64,000 nucleotides of DNA from Leptogorgia sarmentosa (GCA_964658305.1 OZ210884.1:5332001-5396000), one strand, 5' to 3'; positions 22,412 to 35,674 are shown, counted from the first letter of the stretch. Made by a program: numbers and translations. Notes: generated by a model not told the origin, from the letters alone.

Positions 22412-24289
22412 TTAATTATTGACTCATTTTTATAAAACAGCCTTTTAAAAACACGGGCGTTGATTGGTCCAGAGCTCAAAAAACCCGTGTTTCTATTTAA
22501 CGATTAGACAACGAGGCTGAGTTGTCTATATGAGCGAATAGTCAACGAGGACGAATTTTTTTTTCAATTTCTCGTTTCCCCCCAAACTTCCACGCATGTT
22601 TCTGTTTAAAAGCATAAGTAAAAAAATGTACTATGAGTTACTTCATGTAATTCGTTTATGATTCGCCTCATTTGCCAGTCAAGTTGGTCCAGTTCATAAA
22701 AACAACATAATTATGCAGCTCATCTTGGGTCGTCCCGAAATCAGATCTCTCGAGATTGTTCCTTCGGAAATCTCATCTAGATCATTAAGAGTTTTCTTCT
22801 TTAAAGTTTAAAAGTATAGCGATGATTAACCCAGGATTAGCCTTAACATAGCTTTGAACAATTGGCACCAGGGACCATGAAATATCCCGTCGGCACCCAG
22901 GGTTAACTTAAAATTCAAAGCAAATTCTCCAACAATTTGTTTATGGATTTAGAAATGTTTCTTCAGAAATCTTATCTAGGTCATTAGGAGTTTAATTTTC
23001 TTTTTGGAAGTTTCCAAGTAAACAGATGGGCAGAACAAACTAAAATGCTGGGTTAAATTTTAACCCAGGATTAGCCTTTACCTTGCTTTGAACAACTGCA
23101 TGGCCCCAGTATTTCTAGTCTATCCAGCGAGGCGAAAACGTCAACGAACAAAAAGCAAATAAGAAACCGAGATCGTCCCAAGTATCCAATCAGAAGCCGA
23201 TGTGATTGTTTTCCATTGGTGTGACGTAGAGCTGCTGGGGGTACTCTTTGCTGGGGGTCTCCGAAATCAGATCTTTTCAAGTTTCGTGATGGGAAGGACG
23301 TTTGGGGCCGTCTTTGCATTAAAAAATCCCAAAATCGAAGAGAAATTGCACAAGAAGTCAACAATTTGGTGGCAAAGCATAGCTGCTTCAAGAAGAAGGT
23401 AGACAAACGCATTTTGCTTTTAGTTCTTTGTATATTTTTGTCGTAATTCGACAAAATTGTCTGCGCGAATTCGCAACCCCCACTTCGTAGCGTTTTGGAA
23501 CTACAGTTAAGACGTTTTACTTGAATATTTGTCTTCTTTCTTTCTTTATAGACATGGATAACTTCATGGATAACTTCAAGGATAACTTCCACAATGGTTT
23601 AGAGGTTTTTAAAAGGTATAATCGTAAGAAATATTTGGCGTACGCACGCATTTATAACTACTATGTATTTGTGAAATTCGGTTCGTGTTGTTCTTGATAT
23701 ATTGTTTGCTCAATGTTTTTTCTTTTACTTTTTCCATAGAAAAGGCAGATGACATGGTCTCAACTCTCAATCAAAGATGAGGTAAAATTCAGATACTTTA
23801 TAGCGTTTTCAGAGCAGTTTTACCGTCCGAAATGTCGTGTGAAGACTCGAAGTGTTTCGGCACAGGCGCCGACATGTTTTCTCTGTTGCATTCGCAAGCT
23901 TGATATGAATCATTCTTGAAGTTTTAAACGTGTTTTATGTTGTTGAACCTTTTGGTTTTCTTTCGTACAAACGATAAGGATTTATAAATGAGTTTAGAAG
24001 CAATTCAGATTGAAATATTTCGACCATTTTAGTAAGATATTAACAATTAGAATTACAATTTTGTCAACTAATTTTGTCTTCTAAATTTGACAGGACCAGA
24101 AGTAAACCAGCCGTTGGCGTTAAAGCAGCTCCAAGTTGCTTCGGCCTTCGTCCACACTACAAAAAGGTAGGATTCAAATATTCTTGTGTGTTTTTATTGT
24201 ATTTTTATTGCATGTTTGTCGGTTTAGTTTTTACTTCGAAACGTCACGCGAACGTTGGAAGTCTAGAGTTTGTTTGTGACGGCGTTTGC

Positions 24290-24442
24290 CAGTGGCGTCG
24301 CCAGAGTCGATAAGTGGGGTGGACATATTCATATATACGTGTTCGCAGACCATAAAAACAATCGATTTCAAAAGAAATTAATTGTGCAAAACACGAATAT
24401 ATGAATATGTCCACCTCACTTATCGAGCTGGCGACGCCACTG
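24290..24442. mobile_element. hAT-type MITE, 153 bp
   Basis: TIRs cagtggcgtcgccag/ctggcgacgccactg; perfect 8-bp TSD GCGTTTGC. The interior resembles the repeat at ~2763-2946. Confidence 0.85.
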
Positions 24443-24561
24443 GCGTTTGCTGTTTCTAATTTCACTTATGTGCGAATATTTATTGATTTACCAAGCTATC
24501 ATGAAATTCGAAGTTGAAATAAAATGATTTTGATTTTTAAAAAAATAAAATGATTTTTAAA

Positions 24562-26343
24562 AAAATTCAACCTAGCCAATGTGCAGGTACAAAATTCAAC
24601 CTAGCCATTGTGCAGGTAAACAAAATTCAACCTTGCTATTGTGCAGGTAAACAAAATTCAACCTTGCTATTGTGCAGGTAAAAAAATCAACCTAGCCATT
24701 GTGCAGGTAAACAAAATTCAACCTAGCCATTGTGCAGGTGAAAAAAATTTAACCTAGCCATTGTGCAGGTGAAAAAAATTCAACCTAGCCATTGTGCAGG
24801 TGAGAAAAATTCAACCTAGCCATTGTGCAGGTGAAAAAAATCAACCCAGCCATTATGCAGGTGAACAAAATCAGCCTAGCCATTGTGCAGGTCAAAAAAA
24901 TTCAACCTAGCCATTGTGCAGGTGAAAAAAACAACCTAGCCATTGTGCAGGTATAAAATTCAACCTATCCATTGTGCAGGTACAAAATTCAACCTAGCCA
25001 TTGTGCAGGTGAAAAAAATTCAACCTAGCCATTGTGCAGGTACAAAATTCAACCTAGCCATTGTGCAGGTATAAAATTCAACCTAGCCATTGTGCAGGTG
25101 AAAAAAATTCAACCTAGCCATTGTGCAGGTACAAAATTCAACCTAGCCATTGTGCAGGTATAAAATTCAACCTAGCCATTGTGCAGGTGAAAAAAATTCA
25201 ACCTAGCCATTGTGCAGGTATAAAATTCAACCTAGCCATTGTGCAGGTGAAAAAAATTCAACCTAGCCATTGTGCAGGTACAAAATTCAACCTAGCCATT
25301 GTGCAGGTATAAAATTCAACCTAGCCATTGTGCAGGTACAAAATTCAACCTAGCCATTGTGCAGGTACAAAATTCAACCTAGCCATTGTGCAGGTATAAA
25401 ATTCAACCTAGCCATTGTGCAGGTACAAAATTCAACCTAGCCATTGTGCAGGTATAAAATTCAACCTAGCCATTGTGCAGGTGAAAAAAATTCAACCTAG
25501 CCATTGTGCAGGTACAAAATTCAACCTAGCCATTGTGCAGGTATAAAATTCAACCTAGCCATTGTGCAGGTACAAAATTCAACCTAGCCATTGTGCAGGT
25601 GAAAAAAATTCAACCTAGCCATTGTGCAGGTACAAAATTCAACCTAGCCATTGTGCAGGTGAAAAATTTCAACCTAGCCATTGTGCAGGTACAAAATTTA
25701 ACCTAGCCATTGTGCAGGTGAAAAAAATTCAACCTAGCCATTGTGCAGGTGAAAAAATTCAACCTAGCCATTGTGCAGGTGAAAAAAATCAACCTAGCCA
25801 TTGTGCAGGTGAAAAAATTCAACCTAGCCATTGTGCAGGTGAAAAAAATTCAACCTAGCCATTGTGCAGGTGAAAAAAATCAACCTAGCCATTGTGCAGG
25901 TGAAAAAAAATCAACCTAGCCATTGTGCAGGTGAAAAAAATCAACCTAGCCATTGTGCAGGTGAAAAAAAATCAACCTAGCCATTGTGCAGGTGAAAAAA
26001 ATCAACCTAGCCATTGTGCAGGTACAAAATTCAACCTAGCCATTGTGCAGGTGAAAAAAATTCAACCTAGCCATTGTGCAGGTGAAAAAAATTCAACCTA
26101 GCCATTGTGCAGGTGAAAAAAATTCAACCTAGCCATTGTGCAGGTGAAAAAAAATCAACCTAGCCATTGTGCAGGTACAAAATTCAACCTAGCCATTGTG
26201 CAGGTGAAAAAAATTCAACCTAGCCATTGTGCAGGTGAAAAAATTCAACCTAGCCATTGTGCAGGTGAAAAAATTCAACCTAGCCATTGTGCAGGTACAA
26301 AATTCAATACCTAGCCATTGTGCAGGTGAAAAAAATCAACCTA
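24562..26343. repeat. Minisatellite/satellite array, ~60 copies of a 29-32-bp unit
   Basis: Unit (A)nTTCAACCTAGCCATTGTGCAGGT(AC/AT/G); variation is almost confined to the A-tract and the 1-2 bases after GGT. Confidence 0.97.
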
Positions 26344-26694
26344 AAGAATCACGCACAATTGGAGCAAGTTGCACAGGGGAGGGAGAAAGGTTGTGCCCAG
26401 TAGGGCCGTTTTGGGTCATATATATAGTCCACCAGTTTCAGTTATATAGTTCACTAGTTTCAGTTTCAAGTCTTTACATATATGCAGTTCACTGCATATC
26501 ACCACACAACACTCACCATTACACATATGTACAAAATAAATAACGTTTACTACACGTACACTACTCTAAACCATAGTCTATCACTTTTTCTACAAAGCAA
26601 AGATGTTTCACAAAGTACTTCTTTAGCAGTTTACCCTGCATCGCACAAAGAACATGAATTAGTTCACTTTTAGTTAACACTTGAATGACCAGGC

Positions 26695-29600
26695 CTAACT
26701 GAACTTTTGTATTTTGTGTCTACTCGTGTCAGCTGGACGTGCGGTTGAAGGTCTTGTTCTATGCAATAATCTTGGATCTACTCTTGGTTTTTTCAGTTCT
26801 TTTGATGCAGATATAACAGGGTTATCATTATAGACATCAGGTATTGAAGGAGGTGATCTAGAATACAACGAAAACAGAAATATAGGGAACATGTAAAAGC
26901 TGACGTTTTCAATATTTTGTCTCGGTTAAAATGAAAGGGGAGTGGAATCGTTGTCGCCAAGTGACGCGAGGTTTTTGTTGTTGAAATCGTATTTATCATC
27001 ATGACTTCAAGTAAAACAAAACACTCTTCAAACTTCAAGTTTGTTGTATTATGGACGGCATTTCATTGATTAAATGCTATAAACACCAAGTATTTGCTGT
27101 GCAGAAAGTAATTCCTTGACTAAATGTCTATAAAACAGCAAGCAGATGGTAGTAAGGATGGTATTTAATTGATTAAATGGCTACAAACAACAAGCTGGTT
27201 GCATTATGGATGGTAAGTATTTCAATCATTAGATCAAACTAGGAATAAGAATTGTGTATTTAATTAGCCATTTTTCACGGCTGATTTGTTGGCTGCTGCC
27301 TGTACACACTGCAAAGCAACAATAGTGAATTTTGTTCATTGCGAGAGAGGTTAATTGCACTGTAATTCACTGTAAGCCTGTTTTCCACTTGGCAACTTGA
27401 TTGGTTGGCGACAACACAGAGTAACCCATCTACACCCTTTTCCCAAATTAAGTTCATATCAATCAAATTAAAATGTTTCACAATCAACTGTCACTGTACC
27501 TTTGTGAAGCACAAGAGTTAACAGGAGCCGAGTTGATTCTTGACTCGCCCAGATCACTGTCATTTTGAGAAATGTTTGTCGTACGTGTGAGCTGTGGCGG
27601 CTTGTGACGACCTTCTGAAGAGTTTTGTCGCTGGCGGAAGGTTGGGGCAGTTCGTGGTCGTTCAGAATTCTCAGGAGGTGCAGGTAGTGGATAGGATGTA
27701 CGAATGAAGGGCGCCACCCTGCGTCTTGCGGGAATAGAGGATACAGCAGAAGAGACTGGGTATTGAGGAGGTGTGGGCGAAAGATTGGATGGTTTAGGTG
27801 TAATATGGTTGCTGAAAGAAATGAAGTTTCTCGATGAGCGGCACAACGTGACCAATTATGTGGACGATGCGGTCTAAGGCCCAGAACAGAAATCAAAAAC
27901 TCTCAGCAACTTTCCAACGCTATAATGTTGACAATAGGAATCGGAGCGATCTCATCGCGTTTCCTGTATTTACCTTTCACGATGGGTGTCGTCTGAATCG
28001 TCTTCATCTTCTTCCGCAATCACAGACTCTGGACAATTGTCGAGAAACCTACAGTGCATGTAAAATAACCATCGGCTTGTTGTTTATTCATATAACTTAA
28101 TCATAACCTATAGCTCGGATCATGCAAAATAAACTTTAAAAAAATGTTGAATAACTTATGAGTGAATCTGTAACAAAAGCTAGTAAGAACAGCAATTAAA
28201 GAGTTAAATTTTTTCTTTATAATATCCAAAGGTAAAATTTTTAAATGAATCTAACCTGGCATATTCTCTTCTCCATGCTTTCAGTTCTTCAAAAAGATCT
28301 CGTTCGGATGTTCGATCTACTTCATGACTTTCTTCATTTTCCGAAGACAGTACTAAAATATTCGCCTCGTGACTCATGTTCTACAGTAAAGAACAAACGG
28401 TGATCGCCCCACACTTAACTCCATAAAAAAGGGACAATGAAATCTAATGCGAAGGCACAAAAATGTCTTTACATTATACTGTAGATCAGTGGAAATATTG
28501 TAGTGTAAAAGCATAAGGTGCAAAAATATTTTCACCGATAGTACATTATAAAATTTTGGCATGCTTTGCTTTTTAAATGAACACAGAGCTAAAATTACCT
28601 TTCTTCGGCTTTTCAATGCTCGAGATGGATTTCCACAAATAACGGCGGAAAAACCTACGGCAACAAAATATTTCACAATTGAAACAAGCCTGTTTCAACA
28701 CGCATTTTTAACAGTGTATGCCACAGACTTGGCATCCAATATGTAAGTCCTACTTATTTTGACTCATATAAATGTCCTATTGTTCATACCGTGAGTTAAG
28801 TCGCTGCTATCATCATCTTCTTCGGTACTTCTCTCACCTAAATTGAAACATGACATCCTTTTTGACATATTTTTATACAAACCTTAACCACATTTTTTAT
28901 CTTAATCCCCACTTCAAACGTGCAGCACGAGCGAAAACTACAGAAGTAGTAAATCAAACCACTAGGCAACGCATGTTACCTGCATTCACTGCATGGCATA
29001 AATCTTATGAGGCCTATACAACCCATTAGCCAAACCTCAATTTAACCTAAATTTTCCAAAAGCTACTTTTTCCTGCATATAGACATTTTCTTGAGAAATC
29101 TTGTCTGGGTCAAGGTGTCATTTTCCTGATGTTTTGCAGTAAAGCCCATTTTCCACTTGGTGTTTTTTTTTCATGCGAACAAATCAAAAGTGATTGGGTT
29201 GTGATGTTGTCAGTGTTTCTCGTCAGCCAATCAAGTTTCATTAAAAGAACGAAGAAACTGAAAACATGAATTTCATCAGTTTGAATTACCTTGTGCGGTG
29301 GTCGGTCGCTGTCCAGCGGACATAGGTCTTTCACCTGAAGCAGTACCAGGCCTTTGTCTGGCAGTTCCAGGTCTTGCAGTTCCAGGCCTGGCAGTACCAG
29401 GTCTGGTAGTTACAGGTCTTGCTGATGTTGGTCGTTGTCTACTAGCTGTCGTTGGACGGCTACCACGAGAGGATGAAGGTCGTTCGTAGTTTTGATGATT
29501 AGAATCTTAAATCAAGAATTGAATTTTGAACATAGTTGATATTAACCTCGTATCCTACTACCACCTCATATCCTACAACCCCCTCATATTGTACTACCAC

Positions 29601-32600
29601 CTATATCCTACTACCACCTCGTATCCTACAACCCCCTCATATTGTACTACCACCTATATCCTACTACCACCTCATATCCTACTATTTAACTAAAATTTAG
29701 TTTGTAGCTGGCAATATTATCGCCAATGCGATGTATTTTACCGGTAAAAGATTCTTCGTTGTCAAATGCTTTTATTCTTTCAGTAACCAATTCCCAGTCA
29801 GACTTTAGTTTCTCTCTTAAGCTGACAGTCTGTTGTTGAGAAGGTGTGAGTTTCAACATTTTAGTGCCATTAACAAGATCAAAGAGAAATGCTTCATCAT
29901 CCAAATAGACCAATTTTGGTAAAGCTTTGTGAACCTCGGCACGATAATTGTAGTCAAGTTGCATCTGAAATTTGTGAAACAACTATGGTTACACTCAAAC
30001 CTTGATAAATGAACACAAATATATTCAAACACTAAATACTATGTATGTAGGTTCATACTGCACATCTAAATCAATATATGGTACCTGTGGTGAACATTCA
30101 GGTTGTGGTTTCATACAGACAGGATTTCCTTCTAATGTCAAACGTTTTAATTCTGGACACAAAACTAAAAACTCTACTTGAGCTACATCATCGACCAAGT
30201 TCCTGAAGAAGAATAATAATCAATTTCATAATTAATGAATATTATACTGTACAGGTACTATTTGTGAGTACTCAAATCTACTATGACAACACTTTTCCAA
30301 CAGCCCTTTTTTGCAAAATATAATAGAGAACTTCAAAGTGTGTGACTAGAATCTTGTTGTGTGATTGGAGATACAGTAAGAGCAAAAATTTACTTGATTT
30401 TGTTGTGTAAGAATGGGTTGTTTAAAACACTATGTAGCAAAGAAGGTATGAGTCTATGAGAAAATTAGTATAGGAAATTACACGGTTCGAGAAGTATTAA
30501 TGAAAAATTAGTGCACGAGCGGTATTTCGCCAAACACAAGTGCAATTTTTCATTAATACTTCGAGAACAAGTGTAATTTCGTATTAATATCATTGTAGTA
30601 CACGTTCACTAAACTTTTTTGTCCAAAGTTGACAATCAATGACAAAAAAACCCAAGAATTTTAGCGTTGATTTAGCGATTATTTATTTGTTTTTATAATG
30701 TATCGCGGGCTCGAAACCGTGCAATTAATGTTTAATTTGGACAGTTGTTGAAGCTTTTTAGCCAATCAGCGTCCAGGAAATTGACAACAATGATATTAAT
30801 CCATGAACAACAGGCTTCAGAAAAGCGCTCTTTTGCTGTACAAAGGTATTTTTAATCTGGTTAGTTCAGAATTCCAGAAGACTTTCGACCTACCCTTCAA
30901 GATCCAAAACTTGAAGATTATCCAACATCGTCAAAGGGCTGATCTCAGTGATATCATTATATGCAAGATACAGTTCCTGAGATGAAAATTTGAAAAATTA
31001 TATATACAAACATGTTACATGTTATTTCTTCAGTTTTTTCACTGTATCAATTTGTCTTGTAAAGTGAGGGGATGGCGAAACCCCTCTCTACATTCCTGAA
31101 TTTCTATCTCTACTGGTGCCAGCCCATCCCCCTTGCTCACTACATCCCTCAATCTCTATCTGCACTGGTGCCAACCCTTCTACGTAGATTCTGCTTAAAG
31201 GGCCTCCATATAGAGTCCTAATATTGAAAAATACAAAGGCGCATCTACACGATACAACGATCGTATACGTTGTATTCTGGTGTGTGAAAATGAACGATGG
31301 TGTTGCAATCGCTGTTGTTTATATTGGGACAGCATCTAAAATACACTGTCTTCAGATATGTTCAGATAAACATATTGAGTCATACCTTTATTGAGCAGAG
31401 AGCACTTATACCATCAAGATCAGACAAACCACATTTGGCCATCCATAATGTTTGGAGATTGGCTAGACTGGTGCCAAGATCTCTAAACATTAAATAAAAG
31501 TAAATAATATTTTCACCTTATGATCATCCCACATAAAATACATTTTACCAACACGGTGCAGTTCCTTGCCTGGTATGCAGTAAATGCTGTCTTAGTGTGA
31601 TTGATTTTCAACTGAGGCATTGGAGTTTAGGGGGGTTTTTTTCACTCAGAATCTCAGAAATTGAATGAAATGATTATGAAATGATTTTGAAACCAACTTT
31701 TGTTATTAGCTATAGTATGGTAAGTTGCTATCAAGAAAAATGTCCACTTTTCTTGGGAAAACCTACCATACAAGCCTTAGTAATTTTTTATTCACTCTCT
31801 GTATAGTTTATTAGAAAGTTCATGGATATACATATAAGTGTTTAATACTGAAACATGGTAATTAGTGTAAATGTTTATATTGCAGTGGATGTTTACCTCA
31901 CAGATGAAATCACACTGTTAGTTAGTTTTAGTTGCTTTAGGTTTTCAACCATACTCCCTAAAGTGTAGAAAACTATAATTACAGTAAATACCAAGTGCTT
32001 GATATGTGTAATTTTATACAGTCCAAGCTAACTGTAGAACAATCTAAATATTGATTGACAATTTAGATTTTCGTTCATTATTTCGCCAATCTTTATTTGA
32101 GTTGTTGTTTTGTTGATATTGTGTGATTTATATTGAACATTTTGCATATGCCTGTGGTTGCTGATACAATAATGTGCTACAGCTGCATTGTCAGTGAAAA
32201 TGTTGGTCTGGCATGATGTTATTTCAAGTTTTTGGTGTATAATTTAGATGATACTGTGCTTCAGTAAGTATATCTTACCAAAATTTCCCAAGCTGTTCTG
32301 CATAGTATTCACTCTCATTTCCAGGAAAACAACCTCATGCAAATCATGAATTCCAGTCAGACTTTTCTAGTAAAATAATTAAAGTTCATAATTATTGATA
32401 CACAGTTCGTTACTTTAAAATCTATAATTTAAGGGGTATTTTTTTCCATTTTATCTTTTCTCCTCCAACATATCAAACTATGGTATGACCAGTGGTTGAT
32501 GCTCTTGGTAAAATGGTTACCAGTTTTTGTGGAGATAGATAGTCCTCCATAAGTTGTTCAGTATCTTCATTTCTGATGACAGGATCAGGATTTATCAAAG

Positions 32601-32682
32601 TATCATCAAACTCTCTGATATTCACATTTTCATTTGATGTTGTTGATGATGGCAGACGTTCAATACATACATCTGCTTCCAT
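26695..32682 (-). CDS. LRRC56: Leucine-rich repeat-containing protein 56 (ODA8-like ciliary dynein assembly/transport factor)
   Basis: 14 phase-compatible GT-AG exons: 32682-32521, 32366-32279, 31957-31897, 31482-31386, 30976-30894, 30202-30085, 29964-29742, 29505-29290, 28837-28790, 28654-28599, 28380-28256, 28048-27974, 27811-27500, 26857-26695. Peptides EDYLSPQKL, NSLGNFG, RDLGTSLANLQTLWMAKCGLSDLDGI, LTLEGNPVC, YNYRAEV and DLTHG...ICGNP match LRRC56. The last three exons are less certain. Confidence 0.92.
29547..29685. repeat. ~19-bp intronic minisatellite (cctcatatcctactaccac)
   Basis: About 7 degenerate tandem copies in an LRRC56 intron. Confidence 0.75.
30468..30800. repeat. Interspersed repeat with an internal hairpin; fragments also at ~11398-11483 and ~17511-17590
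   Basis: gaaattacacggttcgagaagtattaatgaaaaatt pairs with aatttttcattaatacttcgagaacaagtgtaatttc. The segment gttgttgaagctttttagccaatcagcgtccaggaa is shared with ~11428. Confidence 0.65.
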
Positions 32683-33843
32683 CGCAACCCTGCAAAGTTG
32701 AAGAAGAGACAGGATGTTGAGATCAGCAGCAAAATGAGCCCAACTACATATTTAATCATGCTATTATACTAAATATTTCTGTGGTCAAGGACTGTGTTTC
32801 ATCTTGGATGCAACACATTTCACTTGGATCTCAACAGGAACTTGGATGCAATTCAATTTTTGTTTTTATTTTAACCAGTCATGAGACTGGCCTTGGTCCA
32901 TAAACATTAGCCAAACAAAACTGAACCATTCAGTATCCTTCTGGCTCAATATGTAACATATCCAATAGGAATCATCACAGCAATCTGATGATTCCTCTCG
33001 GACATGTAGTTGAGACCTTTTGAAGGTAAAACTATACTATTTGCTCTATCTATATGGCAACAAGCACTCTCTTGGGGCATTTGGTACCAAAATGTTATTG
33101 TACCATTATATACCACATACTGTAGTGTCCCAATCTGGAGTCTAAATTTAGTTGATATATTTTTGCCAAGTTTTAGTGTTGTAAACACAGCCAAGGTGTG
33201 AATAATATTGATCACTAAAAGCATTCAAAACTATAAAAAGTCTGTTAACATGTCATGCCAGTCATGATAATTTATCAAATGATTTTGGATTTAGTAGGAT
33301 AATTTCGTGCTGTTTCACTTGCACTCTGGAATGAAACATGTTATTGATGCTACAATATTCGTACAGCTGTGCTAATGATGATATTTTATTAAAATCGTGG
33401 TATTTTATTACATTTCTGGACAAAAACATGGCGCCCTAACGTGCTTACCTTGGAAACAAGGACTCACTAAGATAACAACGTATGCATCTGAAACAAACAC
33501 TATCACTCCAAAATCATCTTTTTATATCGTTCTTTCTCTTCTATTCTTTAAAGTGATTTGAAAGCAAACAGAAATCGTAAAAACTAACCCATGTTGTACG
33601 ATAAAACCAAGACAACTTCACAACATTACATATACGCATGGCCTCTTGGGAAGAAGTGGAGTTCTTTTTCCCACCGGAAGTTCGTACCCAGGGGTTTTTC
33701 CAAGGTAGTTTCGGTAGTTTATACTAATTTTCTGCTATGTAATTGTAATAATAAAATTGTAATTTATCAAGTTTTAGGGGATTTCGTATTGACATTACTG
33801 TAAAAGTAACGAGAAAAAACGACTACAAAGGACTAAAAGATAA

Positions 33844-33927
33844 TGTCAGAAGTGGGATTCGAACCCACGCCTACAAGAGTAGACTGCGACCTGAACGCAG
33901 CGCCTTAGACCGCTCGGCCATCCTGAC
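33844..33927 (-). tRNA. trnL-CAG: tRNA-Leu (anticodon CAG)
   Basis: Reverse complement GTCAGGATGGCCGAGCGGTCTAAGGCGCTGCGTTCAGGTCGCAG...GTGGGTTCGAATCCCACTTCTGACA: A and B boxes, long variable arm, and a TTTT terminator a few nt downstream. Confidence 0.97.
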
Positions 33928-34237
33928 AACCACACAAAGAAGCTCAAATTATTTTATACAAACCTTTGCTTTTACTATTACAAATATTTCCAAATTCGAA
34001 TACCAGTCATTTTCAAAATGGAGTCCAACGAGTCATGTTGTTGATTTCGAGAGCACATCATCAAATTCCCAGAGATCATTTCCACTGTAAATCTTTTATG
34101 AAATATTAGACAACAGCAAAAGTTCAGACGGTTTAAGCGAGTATTTTTGTTCGTAAAAGTGGGTGGTAAATTGTCTCTATAATTTTTCAGTGTTGTGTGA
34201 TCACAGAAAGAAACAATTTCATTTATGAAAGATAAAG

Positions 34238-35674
34238 ATGGATCAGTTACTTCTGGATGCTAAAAGATTGATGTTAAAACTGAAAGAAGATGATAATGCA
34301 GCAGATATGATAGTCACTGTTGGCACGAACCTCCTTAACAGAATTAAAGCCATGAAACAGGTATTATTGATATTAATTATTATTATCTATTGAAAATTAT
34401 TAAAGAGTTTTGATTGCATGGTTAAGAGTTGTGGATGAAATAATCATATCTGTTTGGTAAAACACATATACAACATGATGATATAATTTGGTTGTATTTT
34501 GAGAATGGGGAGAATGCCCCCCCCCCCCCTCCCAACCCCTTCCCCTCTTGATCCTATAGGATTTTGTAATTATTATAATTTTCAGTACAGGGAAGATATC
34601 ACAAAACTGAATGAAATAGCAAAACACAGACCAAAGAGCACATTACTGTTGGGAAGTAAAGAAGAAAGTACTCGCATTGCAGAATTACAACAAGAAAATA
34701 TCGACCTCCAGACAACACTAGAAGATCATCAGTCAGCTTTGGAACTAATTATGAGTAAATATAGAGAACATGTAAGTTGTAGACTGCAGTGGACTTTAAA
34801 GTCTTGTACAAACCATCTATAGACAATCAGAGAAATGAACTGGAAATGCAAACTACAAACCAGACCCCATATCCATCAGTGATACTGCCTAATGCTAGTA
34901 GTAACCTTCACTTTTCAACCTTAGTTTTTTTGAACTTAATTTGGACAAATTATTTTTTGCAGATGCTCAGTTTGGTGTCAGCCAATAAATTAGATGCAGA
35001 AGTAGTGAGGAAGAAATTTTCTGATGTGAGTTTCTCTTTGTTTTACATGTTTTGTTATCATACAGATCTATCTCAAATTTATGTTCAACAACCCAAACAT
35101 CTAAATGTAACATGAATTTGGGATTATCACTGCCTTCTGTACCAGCACTACAGGGTTCACTACCACATGGCACTACTGTCCTGCAAGTTAATTATTGCAA
35201 TTATTTTCCAAACTTAATCTATTGCGTTTTTACGCTGAAGTGGCTGCATAAAACTAATGATTTTAAAAAAATAGTAGCGTAAACTAGAAGCGAGATGCTT
35301 TTGGATAAAATAATTACACCAATTCAAGTTTCTATTTTCAGAAGAGTGTGAACGTCTCCGCTGATGTCTTGTTCTACTTGTATTTATTTTTTCACTCAGA
35401 GCTTCTTTATGGTACAAATGTTGTTTGCTTGTTTCAGAAAGAGCAATCTAAAACTGAACAGATTTGTGAAATGGCGAGTGTGATGTCGAAGGCAATACAA
35501 ATTGATGATTTAACAATACAAGAAGAGGAAGAGCGGCTGGCTGCTCTCGAGTTTGAAAATCAAGGATTGCGAGAATTACTTCAGATCAGCGGAGTAACCA
35601 GATCAGACTTTGAAGAATTTCAGAAAGAACGTGAGCGACAACGAGGCTCTACCACACCGACAATGTCCGACTGA
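34238..35674 (+). CDS. FGFR1OP2: FGFR1 oncogene partner 2 / SIKE-family coiled-coil protein (STRIPAK component)
   Basis: Exons 34238-34360, 34586-34771, 34963-35025 and 35438-35674 give LLLDAKRL...AMKQYREDITKLNEIAKHRPKSTL...ELQQEN...LEDHQSALELIMSKYREHM...QICEMASVMSKAIQIDD...LEFENQGLRELLQIS. Confidence 0.93.

Noticed and set aside
23071..23592. 173-aa minus-strand ORF
   Set aside because: Non-ATG start, no recognisable domain, and it lies among repeat fragments.
24562..26343. CRISPR-like appearance of ~30-bp repeats, and ORFs 25121, 25622 and 26229
   Set aside because: The units are head-to-tail with no unique spacers, there are no cas genes and the context is eukaryotic. The ORFs are translations of the repeat.
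27468..27896. 142-aa ORF as an LRRC56 exon frame
   Set aside because: Splice phase and the RPRTA motif support the other frame, entered at the acceptor before 27811.
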